A stretch of 64,000 nucleotides of DNA, the filler included, from Basidioascus undulatus (Eukaryota): NCBI GenBank assembly GCA_000826855.1. It is 4 parts of 4 records of this genome, joined end to end, with 100 filler letters (N's around TTAATTAATTAA, not from the genome) between each part and the next. Parts side by side here need not be neighbours in the genome. Positions count along the whole stretch, not along the records: positions 32,996 to 49,358 come from JTLS01000588.1; positions 49,459 to 64,000 come from JTLS01000721.1; 2 more parts are not named here. One strand, written 5' to 3'. Under the pieces are notes generated by a model, which was not told the origin of the DNA, ran no database searches, and saw only the letters and a list, made by a program, of their open reading frames with translations. Position 1 is the stretch's first letter; each line of letters starts with the position of its first letter. Positions 39,874 through 52,839 of the stretch are shown piece after piece. The position numbers were made by a program, and so were the translations under genes.

Positions 39874-42800
39874 ATGAACTTTCTCAAGTCCATCACCAGC
39901 GCTGCGGCGACGGCGGTCATTGAGCGGTCGGGCCTGCACTTGCCGTTCACCCTCGGCGAGCGCGTAACCGAGTACGACGGGCGGGGCATCTGGGCGTTGT
40001 GGGACGGAGTGAAGCGGGTAGGCCACCAATTCCATATGTTATACCCTAAAATGTGCGGTGTGGGTTGACTGGGTGCGCCAGGACGACTCCACGCCGCTCT
40101 CGATCTTCGTCTTCGACGTCGCAGGCGTGCCGGGCAAGGACCGCCGCTCGCTCCTCCCGCTCGCGAAGAACGCGCTGCGCAAGCTGCGCACGACGCGGCA
40201 CCCCGACATCCTCCGCTTCGTCGATGGCGTCGAGACGGACACGCAGGTGTACATCGCTACGGAGCGCGTGCGCCCGCTGAGCGCGGGGCTGCGCGAGTGG
40301 GACGGCGCGAAGACGGGCGCGCGGGAGGAGTGGCTTGCTTGGGGGTTGCATCGGGTCGCGGTGCGTTTCTGTTTTGAGGGATCTGGGAGTGTCTGGGACG
40401 TCGCTCATGCTGCGAGAGGCGGGAGGTAGACTGCGCTGTCTTTCATCAACAACCAGGCCGCCAGCTCGCACGGCAACGTCCGGCCCGACTCGGTCTTCTT
40501 GAACGCGGCCGGGGAATGGCGGCTGGGCGGGATGGAGGTATGCACGGCGCAGCGAGAAGGGTCCACTGGGGAGGGTGTGCTCTATGTACTTTTCCCTGAT
40601 AACATGATGGGCGGAGCGGGACGGGCGATGCTGACATCGGGCGGAACAGCTGTACGGCGGGTTGTTGCCGGACTCTGCAAAATATTCACCGCCTGAGGTT
40701 CATAAGAATGGATGGTCAACGCTGAAGGAGTGCGTGATCACCCATTCTGCGCGGGTCTTCCACTCACCATGTCGCTTCCCTGCAGTCTGCCGACCTCTGC
40801 CCCGGACGCCTACGCCTTCGCTCTTCTCCTCTCCCAGCTCTACAACCCCTCCTCCCCTCTTCCCCTCGCAACCTCCACCGCCCCACCAGCCGCCTCCTCA
40901 CGCGGCAAGATGCCGCCCGGGCTCTTCGCGGCGTACCGCAAGCTCCTGAACCCCTCTCCCAAAGCGCGGCCCTCCCTCGACGCCTTCCTCACGCAAGGCA
41001 CCTCCCCAACCCCCGACGGGGGGTTTTTCGTCAACAACGCGCTGATCAATATCTGCGAGGCGCTCGAGCAGTTCGCGCTCATGTCGGACAACGAGCGCAC
41101 GTCCTTCATCCGGACGCTGGCATCGTCCCTCGACGCACTCCCGCCCGCGTTCGCGACGCACAAGGTCCTCCCCGCGCTCGTCGGCGCCGTCGAGTTCTCC
41201 ACGACCGTCAACGCCGCGCCTCTTATCGTCCCGCTCATCATCCAGATTGGCAAGAGCCTGCCGGAGAGGGAGAAGGCTGACGGGGTGGTCAAGCCCCTCG
41301 TGCGCCTGTGGGCAAGCCAGGACCGCGGGACGAGGATGGTCTTGCTCGAGGGGCTGGAGCAGTACGTGGATGGGCTCGATAACAAGGTGGTCGTGGGAGA
41401 CGTCTGGCCTCATCTGGTGCGTCATCTTCCTCGCTGCGGAATTCACCCACTGACGGCACTACGCGCAGACTACCGGCTTCAACGACACTGTCGCTGTCAT
41501 CCGAGAAGCAACCATCAAAGCGATCCCCCTAATCGCACCCAAAGTCCGTTTCCTCACCTCAAAACATCCACTGCCTCACAACGCCCAGCCTGACCCGCTC
41601 TCACCCCGCAGCTGACCGACCGCCTCCTTAACAACGATCTCCTCCGCCACCTCGCCAAGATGCAGCTCGACCCGGAGCCCGCGATCCGGACCAACACGTG
41701 CATCCTCATCGGCCGCCTCGCGCCCACGCTCGGCGTAAACACCAAGCGCAAGGTCCTCGTCCCCGCGTTCGCGCGCGCGCTCCGCGACAGCTTCGTCCAC
41801 GCCCGCATGGCGGGCTTGATGGCGCTGATGGCCACTGTGGATATCTACGAGCGCGACGACCTCGCGGCGAAGGTCATCCCGAATGTGGCGCCGAGCTTGG
41901 TGGACAAGGAGAAGTGCGTCTGACAGCGTTGGTTGGGACGGAGCGGGGAAGGGTAGCTGACGTGCAGGTGTTGCAGGCTCGTCCGGGATCAGGCGTTCAA
42001 GGCGCTCGCGCTGTTCATCAAGAAGCTCGAGTCGCTCGTTGCAAGCATGGTCCGTCTTCTGAACACGAGGAGGTGCAGCCAGCGTATCTGACAGTGCCAT
42101 TCCACAGCCCGAGACCGTGCAGCAGCCGGGCACTGAAGCCGGCCAGCCGCAGCCGTACGATGGCAAGGCGACGCCGCAGGACCAGCTTGCCAATTCTGCG
42201 GCGGGCGCTGCTGGCGCTCTGGCAGGCTGGGCTTTCAGCGCCGTCACGAAGCAGGTCGGTCATTTGCATACCTCTACGCCCTACAGCCGAGGCTGATCCC
42301 GAATGTCCAGCTTGCGCCCGCCGAGTTGCATTCCGTTCTCGGCACCACCGCCTCCACCCGCCCGAACTCGGCCCCTCCCATCCAGCCCCTCGCGCTCTCC
42401 CCGTTCCTGAACGGCCACCCGACGCCCTCCCTCTCCTCGCCGCCGCCGTCCCTCCCCAGCGCGTTCTCCACCCCTGCCTCCCCGCTCGAGCGGCCAGTGG
42501 GCGGGAAAGCCCTGCAGCTCGGCGCGACGAAGGCGCCGACGGCGGCCGCGGCCGCGCTGGCGGCGTTTGAGGAGGCGGAGGGCGAGGTTGCGAATGCGTG
42601 GGGGAGCGACGACCTGATTGATGTGACGGCGGACCAGGATGACTGGAGTGAGCGAAAAGGCCCTTTCGCTTTCGTCGTATCGTTTCGCTGACATGCCTGT
42701 TCGGCTTGCAGGCGCTTTCGAGACTGCCGCACCACCCGAACCTGCTCCGCCTTTGCCGAATCTCTCCACCACTCGACCAGCCGCCTCCGCCCGCACCTCC

Positions 42801-43355
42801 CGCTCCCCCGCGCCGCGCGCCACCACACGTCCGGCACCTCCACGAGCACCTAGCAATCTTACCGCTGTCGTCTCCGCAGCCGGTATGTCTTTCGCCTGTT
42901 CGCCTTCTGTCTCCAGATACTTTTCATTATCTCACGCATTACTTCGTCTGCCGCAGATGACGATGACGCCAACGGCTGGGGCGACGACGACTCCACCCCA
43001 GCCCCAGCAACCGCGCCTCCAGCGTCCGCGCGCTCGACGCTCTCCGCCCCACGCGCCGCCTCGTCCCGCTCGCCTTCCATCTCGTCGTCGACCGCAGCCG
43101 AGGAGGGCTGGAGCTCTTTCGGGGACGTCGTATCCCCCGCGGAGGAGAAGAAGGCGCCCGCACCGTCGCTCGCGGGGATGAGCAAGGAGGAGAAGGCGGC
43201 GGAGCTCGCGCGCAGAAGGGAGGAGCGGAGATTGGTGCGTTAGCTGGCTGGCCTAGCGGGGAGCGTCAGTGGGCATGCTGCTGACTTGGAGAGATCGACA
43301 GCGCATCGAGCAATTGAAGCAGGCGAAGGCGGCGGCGGCGGCGGGCAAGAGCTGA
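39874..43355 (+). CDS. CEX1: SCY1-like pseudokinase with HEAT repeats (SCYL1/Cex1 family)
   Basis: LAKNALRKLRTTRHPDILRF, YIATERVRPL, HGNVRPDSVFLNAAGEWRLGG, DPEPAIRTNTCILIGRL, FARALRDSFVHAR; tail MSKEEKAAELARRREER. Confidence 0.9.
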
Positions 43356-43825
43356 GTCGCTGCGGTCCTGCCATCGCTGTCGCTCTTCTTCGTATTTCAC
43401 TTTTCGCTGTTCCTTAGAGATCCGCATCTCGATACTTTCCTTTCTGGGCCCTCTTGTTTTTCTCTTCGTTTTGCATGGATACCCACTGGAGGTTGTTCTA
43501 AGCGGTTCTCCAGCTTGCGTGACGTCGGGACTCGCATCGCGCTGGGTGGACTACTTGTGACAGTGAATGGACCCTGTCCGAAGAATACTTTGTGATGGGT
43601 GAATACTAGCGTCATAATCAACTTTTTTCCATCTCAAGAGTGTTTTGGGGACACTCGAAAACGCATCTCCTCCAAAAAGTATATCACACACCCAAGTCCC
43701 ACGCGAATCTTCTCATGAGTGGCGTCCGTACACCGCCCGGCGTGTCTTCTTTCTTTCTCTTGCTTTCCGCCTATCCTTGCCGTTACCACTCTTGGCTGTT
43801 ACCTTCGCATAGTCTCAGTTCATCA

Positions 43826-44700
43826 ATGGCCGTCATACAAAGCAATTACACCGAGGGCGAGCTTTGACAGGGTGCTAAGACGCGTCGGCAGCTCCCGAAT
43901 CTCAAGCTCCTCAACTGCGCCTCGTACCGTGCGTCTTCCTCCTCGCACCTTCCCGGTTCGTTTTCTCGATCTCTGAACCATACTGGCACCGTGTTCTCCA
44001 GAAGCCTCTCGATACTGTTCTAAAGAATGCCAGCGGGCGCACTGGCCTACGCACAAGCCTCGCTGTCTCGCTGAGCAGCGTTTGCCCACGGCGTTGCCGC
44101 ACGCGTCCACCCAGTTCCCACACGGTCTGACGCACACCTCCCTACTCGCGCACATCCGCGCGTTCGGGTAGCACCACCGCCCGCTGCCCGAGGCGTGCGC
44201 GCGCGTCGCGCTCGGCATGCACGACAAGGGCAACGGCGCTGCGCGCGCATGGGAGTCGAACGCGCTCGTCGTCGTTCTGAAGTTCCTGCCAGACGAGACG
44301 CTCGAGGAGCGCAAGTTCGACGTCGTTCTGGACCGGACGGGCGTGAAGAGCTTCGGGGAGTTGGTCGAGGTCGACCCGCAGTATGTCCAGCTGCCGGCGA
44401 TGAGGAACCAGATGGAGAGGAGCGTCCACTATCCTCAAGTCGGGAATGGCGTTCATGGTTCTCCTTCGTTTTATCTTTGCTTTTTCCACCGGTCAAACGG
44501 ACCTCTTGCTGACTTCGTGGGTTCTGTAAACAGGTCAGAGTACGGGATAGCAAACCTGATGCCTTTTGTGCTCCTGCGTGGGGTCTCCTCGCAGCTCCCC
44601 GCCGATTGGAAGGCGGAGCTCGGGCAAAGAGCGCATGATGGCTGTACCTGTCAATTGGGCCAACCTCATCGCCATTGATGCATCGGAACTTTTCCGACCG
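43826..44700 (+). pseudogene. MYND-type zinc-finger protein pseudogene
   Basis: RYCSKECQRAHWPTHKPRC at ~44010-44066. The first CxxC region reads EL*QGAK with TGA 43865-43867; a second in-frame stop TAG lies near 44170. Confidence 0.75.
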
Positions 44701-46571
44701 CTGCGCTCCTTGTTCCCTTGCACCTGCTTCACTTCCCCTGTCATTGTCTTTTTTTGCTCGCACACATACCTTGAAAGGAAGCCAGAATGACATGAAGTGC
44801 GCAAACGCAGTACGACCGATCTACGGCAGCGCAACCTCGTCGAACGACCTGTACCGCTGCAGCCTGCAATCCTTCACAGAAAGCCCAAACCAGCGCAGAG
44901 GGGAATGCAGCTGGAGGACGAGGTGGCCCGGGCAGTACTGGGCAGTACTGGAACCACGATACCGACCAGGTCTTCAACATCTCCTTCCTGTTTCTTGCGC
45001 TTTGAGCCGCTGTGTGCATATGTTCTATCGAAGCCGGGCAGGCTGAAGCCAAGCACCGTGTCCACGGATCCGGAGACTGCGAGGTACAAGCCCTTCCGAG
45101 AGATGTTTACGTCTGCCCATCACAATATACAGATAGATCTTGTGTGGGAAACCGATGATATTACCACTGTACTCTGATTTCTCAGGGTGAAAGCGCCAGC
45201 CCATTTACCAATACGCTTGAGCCAGAACGCCTCACACTCGAATCCAGAAATTGTCCACACGATCTCCCACCACATTCCCAAAGGGAGAGAATGACAGCGG
45301 CACCAGCGTCAGGGCGAACTTCCGTCACTCCAGATTCTCGACGCGCAATAGGCGAACCCCTTCAGCGAGCGTTCTGCCACGCTTTATCACTCACCACGAC
45401 CACGCTCGACCCTGCTTGAGGCACCAAGGAACTCTTCAAAAGCACACCAGAATTGTCTGCGCCCCCTTAACTCCAAACAGTGATCCACGTAAGTCCAAAT
45501 ATTACGCAAGCCGCATGTCCACCCAGGAGTCGCAGCTGGCCGACCCTTATACGTCGGCGCCCCCTCTTGTCCATACCCACAACTATCACAGCTTCCAGAA
45601 CGTCCACATGGTCAAATTCTCCGGAGCGCCAGACCAGCAACCCTGGAAGTCGAGACGCACGCTCAACCGCCCCGCACAGTGCCCGAGCAGCCGACTCTGC
45701 AGCACCCGACCTCGCAGCCGCGAACGGACCGCCCGCCCAAGCGGAAGGTCTGCGCGTCTTTAGCACCAAGCTCTTACTTTGAAGTGACGGAGTTGGAGGG
45801 GGAGGCTTCCCCTGTGATTTGAAAGTCCCCCATCATCAGAATAGATCTCGCTGCGGGGCTGGATTGCCGAATAGCTCATCTATTTAAAACTCATACACGA
45901 GCCATAATTTTTTTGGCCTTTATACACAGTTTTTGGTCTTCAACTTCACGCTTGAGGTTGGCAGCCCGACGCGAAGCGGCAGATGTGAAGCTGAGAGCCG
46001 ATTTGGTTGTGTCACCGTGAATGAGTACCCTAAGGACTCGATCGTGAGGGCTCCTGATTAAAAATTGCATTATGAGAAAATCCCAAGGCTGGGCTAGATG
46101 GCACATCTTCCAAGAATAACGGCTCAATGAAAGGCAGCAAGGGCGCTCGTGAATGCCTCGGGCGAGAGGCAGCCATCCAACGGGGTCGATTTGAGCTGCT
46201 CCCACATCATGATTTTTTAATGCAATGGTTATTGAAATCAGTAACTCCAACCTTTTTAACACTCTATTAAATTTTGTCAAGGGCATCAGCGAAGATTGTC
46301 CTTTCAACTGGCATGTTGTGAGTTGCGCACGGCACATGCGATTATAGGACTGGGCACGATGAAGGACATACAAGTCAGTTTACGTAGACATTCAACAAAA
46401 GCGCTGAGAAGGGTCGCTGTCGCAGTGTCGTGAGAAGTTGCTAAGTAAAATTACACTCTTAGAGTCTTGTGGAGCTGTTGAGCCGGCCCGGGCAGTTCTG
46501 CGACCGTTTAAATATTAAAAAAGGTAGATGAATCAATTCCCAAGGCTGAAGGATACACCATTCGTTCCGTT

Positions 46572-47540
46572 TCACGAGCTACCGACTTTTCCTCCTCCCG
46601 GCAAGCAGAGGAAGACTGCAGCCTGGGCGACCGCGCAGCCGATGGAGGTCCAGGCAGGGAGATGTGCGACGAGAAGGTGGAAGGACAACGAGCTGTCAAA
46701 TCTGATTACAGCCGATATGGCGTAGTAGCGAGGTCGTGGGAGGAGGAATCCATGAGCGAAGAGTCGACGGAGACCCGGGAAACAGCAGGACCAACGGGTT
46801 GGAGCGGGCGGGGGCAGACGCCACACGTCCTCGCGAACCTGACGGTATGCTTGAGGTGAAATACCCAAATCCGCACCAGTCAGGCTGAACGCAACTGGAC
46901 ATACAGTGAACGAGACGAACCGATGAGCCTCGTGAGCCTGCGCTTGAGAACCAGCGCACCACCTGGCTCGAACCGGTACCCCCCGTCATTCTGAGCCCGC
47001 GGGTACTCTTTCGGAGAGCTCCATGAATGCCTGCACTTGTCCGCTGGCCCCCTCCAAGTACTTCTCAGCCTGCAGGACGATGTCCGCAGGCAAGGCGCAG
47101 AACGCCGCGTCCACTTCGGCTACGAACGGCGGGTTCGGGGCGAGATCCTCCTGGAACGCGGACTGGCAGTAGTGCTTCCCGAAGAGCACGTAGAAGGAGT
47201 CGAGGAGGGGCAGGACATAATTGAGAGGCTCTTCGAAATGCGCCGGATGGGACGGATAAACGCGTATGTCCCCTGGGTGGGCGCCATTCGTCAGCTGGGA
47301 AGAGGGGCTGTTGGGTGAAAGTACAAGCTCAGATGATCTGAAGGCCTTGTTTGTATGCACAGATGGGTAAGTGGGAAGCCGAGGGAGAGAACCGACGCAC
47401 ACTTGCCGCACGCGCTCCGTATTCAAACAAGTGACACCGCTGTTTTGGAACTTCGTGGCAAACACGTCGCAGGCGGGATTTGAAACACTCACTTGCCGCT
47501 CACAAGGAGCCTCTGAGGTCTGGCCTCTGAGGTCGCCATT
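46572..47540 (-). pseudogene. Hypothetical, probably degenerate gene
   Basis: Coding-like exon ~46990-47290 (HPGDIRVYPSHPAHFEEPLNYVLPLLDSFYVLFGKHY...) with stops in flanking segments. No family recognised. Confidence 0.3.
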
Positions 47541-47797
47541 GAAACAAAAGAAAGCCCTCGTGGATTTTCTGACAATCACTGACAGCGTGCAAGCCAGTCA
47601 GAAGTGTCCAGCTTGCGCCCGCATTTCTGTTGCCCATCAAAGCCCCTCTGCTCAAAGAAATGATATGCATAACACAACCCAACTACTAATAAAAAAGCTA
47701 ACGAATGAAAGAAAGCTTCCATGTCGTGTCGTGATCAAGCATGCAGAACGAATGCCATGAGAATCCATGCCGTCCGGTCATCCGGTCGTCCGGTCGT

Positions 47798-49358
<1,561 letters not shown>

Positions 49359-49458
49359 NNNNNNNNNNNNNNNNNNNNNNNNNNNNNNNNNNNNNNNNNN
49401 NNTTAATTAATTAANNNNNNNNNNNNNNNNNNNNNNNNNNNNNNNNNNNNNNNNNNNN
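49359..49458. other. Artificial contig spacer
   Basis: N44-TTAATTAATTAA-N44. Confidence 0.98.
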
Positions 49459-49932
49459 CCAATGAGGAACTCGATGCCCTCCATGAGCGCCTGTGGGTGG
49501 TGTGGGTATGGGAGAGGGGGGAGTGGGAACCCTGTGGGGAGGGGTCAGAAGGGGAGGATGGGGGAAGGAGGAGGGGACAAACAGGTCGTCGGATAGGAGG
49601 TCGTCCCAGGGTGCCTTTGGGGGCTTGCGACCCGCTACGAGCTCTGCCAGCCGGCCGGGCGTGGGGGCGGGGGTGGACTTGTCGCTGTCCGTCCCGGCCG
49701 TCCCTTCGTTCTCAGCACCTTCTACCCACACAACCAAACATGACGCGCAACTCACCCGGACCCGGAATACCCCGACCCCGAATCGGTAGAAGACAGCCGG
49801 GCGCTCAGCTGAGCGGGAACTGGGAGGAAGAAAGAAGGTAAGGATCCGATCGAAGCTCTTTTGGAGGCGGAGAGAGGGGGACGTGCTTGATGGACGCTTG
49901 GAGAGCGCGCGGAGGGCCTGGCGCGTAAGCAT
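49459..49932 (-). CDS. N-terminus of a putative mitochondrially targeted protein, truncated by contig end
   Basis: MLTRQALRALSKRPSSTSPSLRLQ is an Arg/Ser/Leu-rich presequence-like start. Family not identified. Confidence 0.4.
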
Positions 49933-51320
49933 TCTCGCTGCTCCAGAAGTGACTTGGACGGGAGGAAGGTAGAGATGGAGGACGAGGAGATGGCGGTGAG
50001 CGAAGGCGAGAAGGCAAGGAGTTGAGAGGCGGCGTGGTAAAGTTGCCTGTCGGCCGCCTGTGAGTTGTTTGGCGCTTTTGCGGATTCTGAGCGCTCGGAA
50101 GACCGGCCCGGTGCTTCGAGGAGCAACGTCCACCTCCTCAGTCTGCGTGATGCGTACCTTGACTGTTTCTAGACTACCGTCTTCCTCATCGCCATGGTCT
50201 CCCCTCCCGCTTTCCCTCCCCGCACCGCCGCCTTCGCCTCCCTCCTCCTCACCCCCTCCCAGCACGACCTCCACCTCGCGCACCTGCTCACCACCTCCTC
50301 CTCCCCTGCCCTCTCAGCATCCCCGTCCGAGGAATTCTTCTCCCTTCCCTCCGCGATCCACCACTCCTCCAAGGCACTACCGGATGACCAACCGCAGCTG
50401 CGCGTGAGGGGGTATGGGGAAGCGTGGGGCGTTTGTGGGGGGGAGGAGGGGGTGCTTGTTAGGTGGGATGAGGGGGTGGATTCTGTGGTGAGTCTTTTCC
50501 TTGAGGTGGAGTTGGAGAAAGCTGGGGGAGGGGTTGAGTGTTGATGGGGGAGGGTGGCAGTTGTTTGTGATGGTGAGGGTGGAACGGGCTGTGCGGGTGC
50601 CGCATGAGTATTGGGTAAGTCTACCATCCGGCCCTACTACACACGAAACACTCCACAGCATCTTACTCTGTCACTGTTCTCCCTTCAGACCCTAGCTTTT
50701 GACGGCAAGCTCCTCCCCGGCGCCTCAATAGCCGCAGACGTCTTCCACGCCGACCCACGGCATCGTTGCTCAGATCCGCTAGGTACCCACCTCCTCACCT
50801 CCTTCTCTACTATCATTAAGCTGGGGAAATGACGCTGATCGGAAGGGGAGCAGATGTCTCGCTCGTCCCCCTCTCCCAGGCGGACGAGTTCGAGGCGGAG
50901 TTTGGGACGGGCCACGGACACGGACATGGGGGCGCGGGTGGAGGATGTCCGTGTTGCAGGGGGACTTGATGATTGCGGACATTGAAGGTGAAGCTCATTC
51001 CCTCGGGGTTGGGATGGCTTACGCTGCTCCACATGCCTATTGACCGACCGATGCGCGCGGCATGGGAAAGCGCGACTGCAAGCTGCCATCCATTCACTCG
51101 CCCACCCTGCCTCTGATGCTACATTTCTCAAATGTCCAGTCGGAAGATAGAGTGCCATGATATCAATCAAGCTTCCCGTCGAACGTACGTGTATAGTCTC
51201 CCGACGAACCACATGTTCGGCCCCCTTGCGCCGCCCGCTCCACAACCACCACCCCGCGTCGACTCCCGCGCCCATTCGTACCGCCGCTTCGACTTCGTCT
51301 TTTCGCACAGATCACCCAAA

Positions 51321-52100
51321 ATGAATCTCGCCGAGCTTCCACACGACATTCACAAGCTCGTCATCGCGGAAGCGGGCGCGCCGTCGCACCATCTCTCGTA
51401 TACTCGGGACAGCGCGACCTTGGCATCGCTCTGCCTCGTCTCGCGCTCCTTCAACAACGAAGCAACGCCGAATCTCTATGGTTGGATCACTCTCCGCTGA
51501 GCGAATGCCATAGAAAAAGCTGTCGAGTACTCTGGAAGCGAGGCGCCTTCTCCACGGCCAGGTTCATTCGCTCCATATTTGCCCTTCGTTCGGGAGGACC
51601 GACCGCTTCAAGCGCTTGACTGAGCGAATGCACGCTCTGCGGCGCACTATTCTGAATTCTTCGGTCTCCGGGAGGTTTCACCTTTGAGGGTCGACTCTGG
51701 AAGAGTACGTGCACCCGCTTCTTCTCGTCGCTTGACGGTGGTGTCATTGGCGTGCTGTCGTCGCTCACGCAACTCACTCGCCTCAGACTCTGCAACCGCC
51801 AATTTGGTCGCACGGATAGCGTTCAATAGCTACTTTGTCCGACCAGTCTTACCCATGTTGCGCAGTGTTCGGTAGACATAACTGAGATTCGCAGCCGTGA
51901 TTGGCGGGACGGTCTCTCGCACTTCCTTGCCCATGCGCGGGCACTGCGCAAGGTGATCCTCGGTGGGCATTAACACTAGCCGTTATGAAAACAGGGAGGC
52001 TCACATGCGTGAGCTGAACGTGTGGTTACCGCAGCGCAGCGTTTAAGTGATCCTGTTCTCGCCCAGCGTCAATTCAACGACGGCAGCGGGCGGGATCATA
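51321..52100 (+). pseudogene. Degenerate F-box-like gene
   Basis: MNLAELPHDIHKLVI...LASLCLVSRSFNNEATPNLYGWITLR then premature TGA 51498-51500; LRR-like remnants (LTQLTRLRL, LPMLRSV) broken by stops. Confidence 0.65.
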
Positions 52101-52839
52101 GACCGGGTAGTGGATAGGAAGCTGTGGGATTCAGAAGAGTAGATTCAACGCAGTTCAAGGGCCTGTTCTCTGAACCGCACTGTTTTCCCATTTGACCATG
52201 TTCGAGAGTCGCAATTTGTGCGGGACGAGTGTGCCGAGTGTCTCCTCTTGTTCCCGAACCATTGCAGCAGTAAGGACAGGAAATCCCACACTTCCCCGGA
52301 TTCCGGAAGAGCACTATGCGAGGAAACGGACGCAAGTCTGCCTCCCGAGAACTTACTTTTGAACCTTTGTGCAGTCGTTTGCAGGCGGCGTTGTCAGCTG
52401 AGCGCTGAGCAGCACTGTACAGGCTTGCCACAGGCAACATTGAAGGTCATAATTTCAGGCGATTAAGTGTCTCCGCCTCTGTCTACTTAAGCAGACAGGT
52501 GGTTCAGATATCTAACAAACTGAAGCAGTGCTCGAAGGCCCAAGCAATCAGCAGTGGCCCTTTAATACGTCTCCCCGTGATATAAGTGCGCCAGAGGCAG
52601 TACACAAGTGCTCGTTTTGACCGATGCACAGAAGGTTCTACGTGAGCGCAAGCAAACCACACTCCATAAGCATTATCCAAGGAGAAGCATGTAGATCAAA
52701 GCATTAGAAGCTGTCGAGAAGAATGCAGCGTCCGCGTCCTCATTTTAAAACAGCCGGACAACTTGCTTAAAGAACGACCCTGTTCTAAAGTTTTGAAAAG
52801 ATTGGGAGTCAAATGAACAAAAACGGTTCCAGAACTTCT

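Noticed and set aside
49459..49932. Possible Ptc7-like mitochondrial phosphatase N-terminus
   Set aside because: Only a vague resemblance; no catalytic motif before the contig end.
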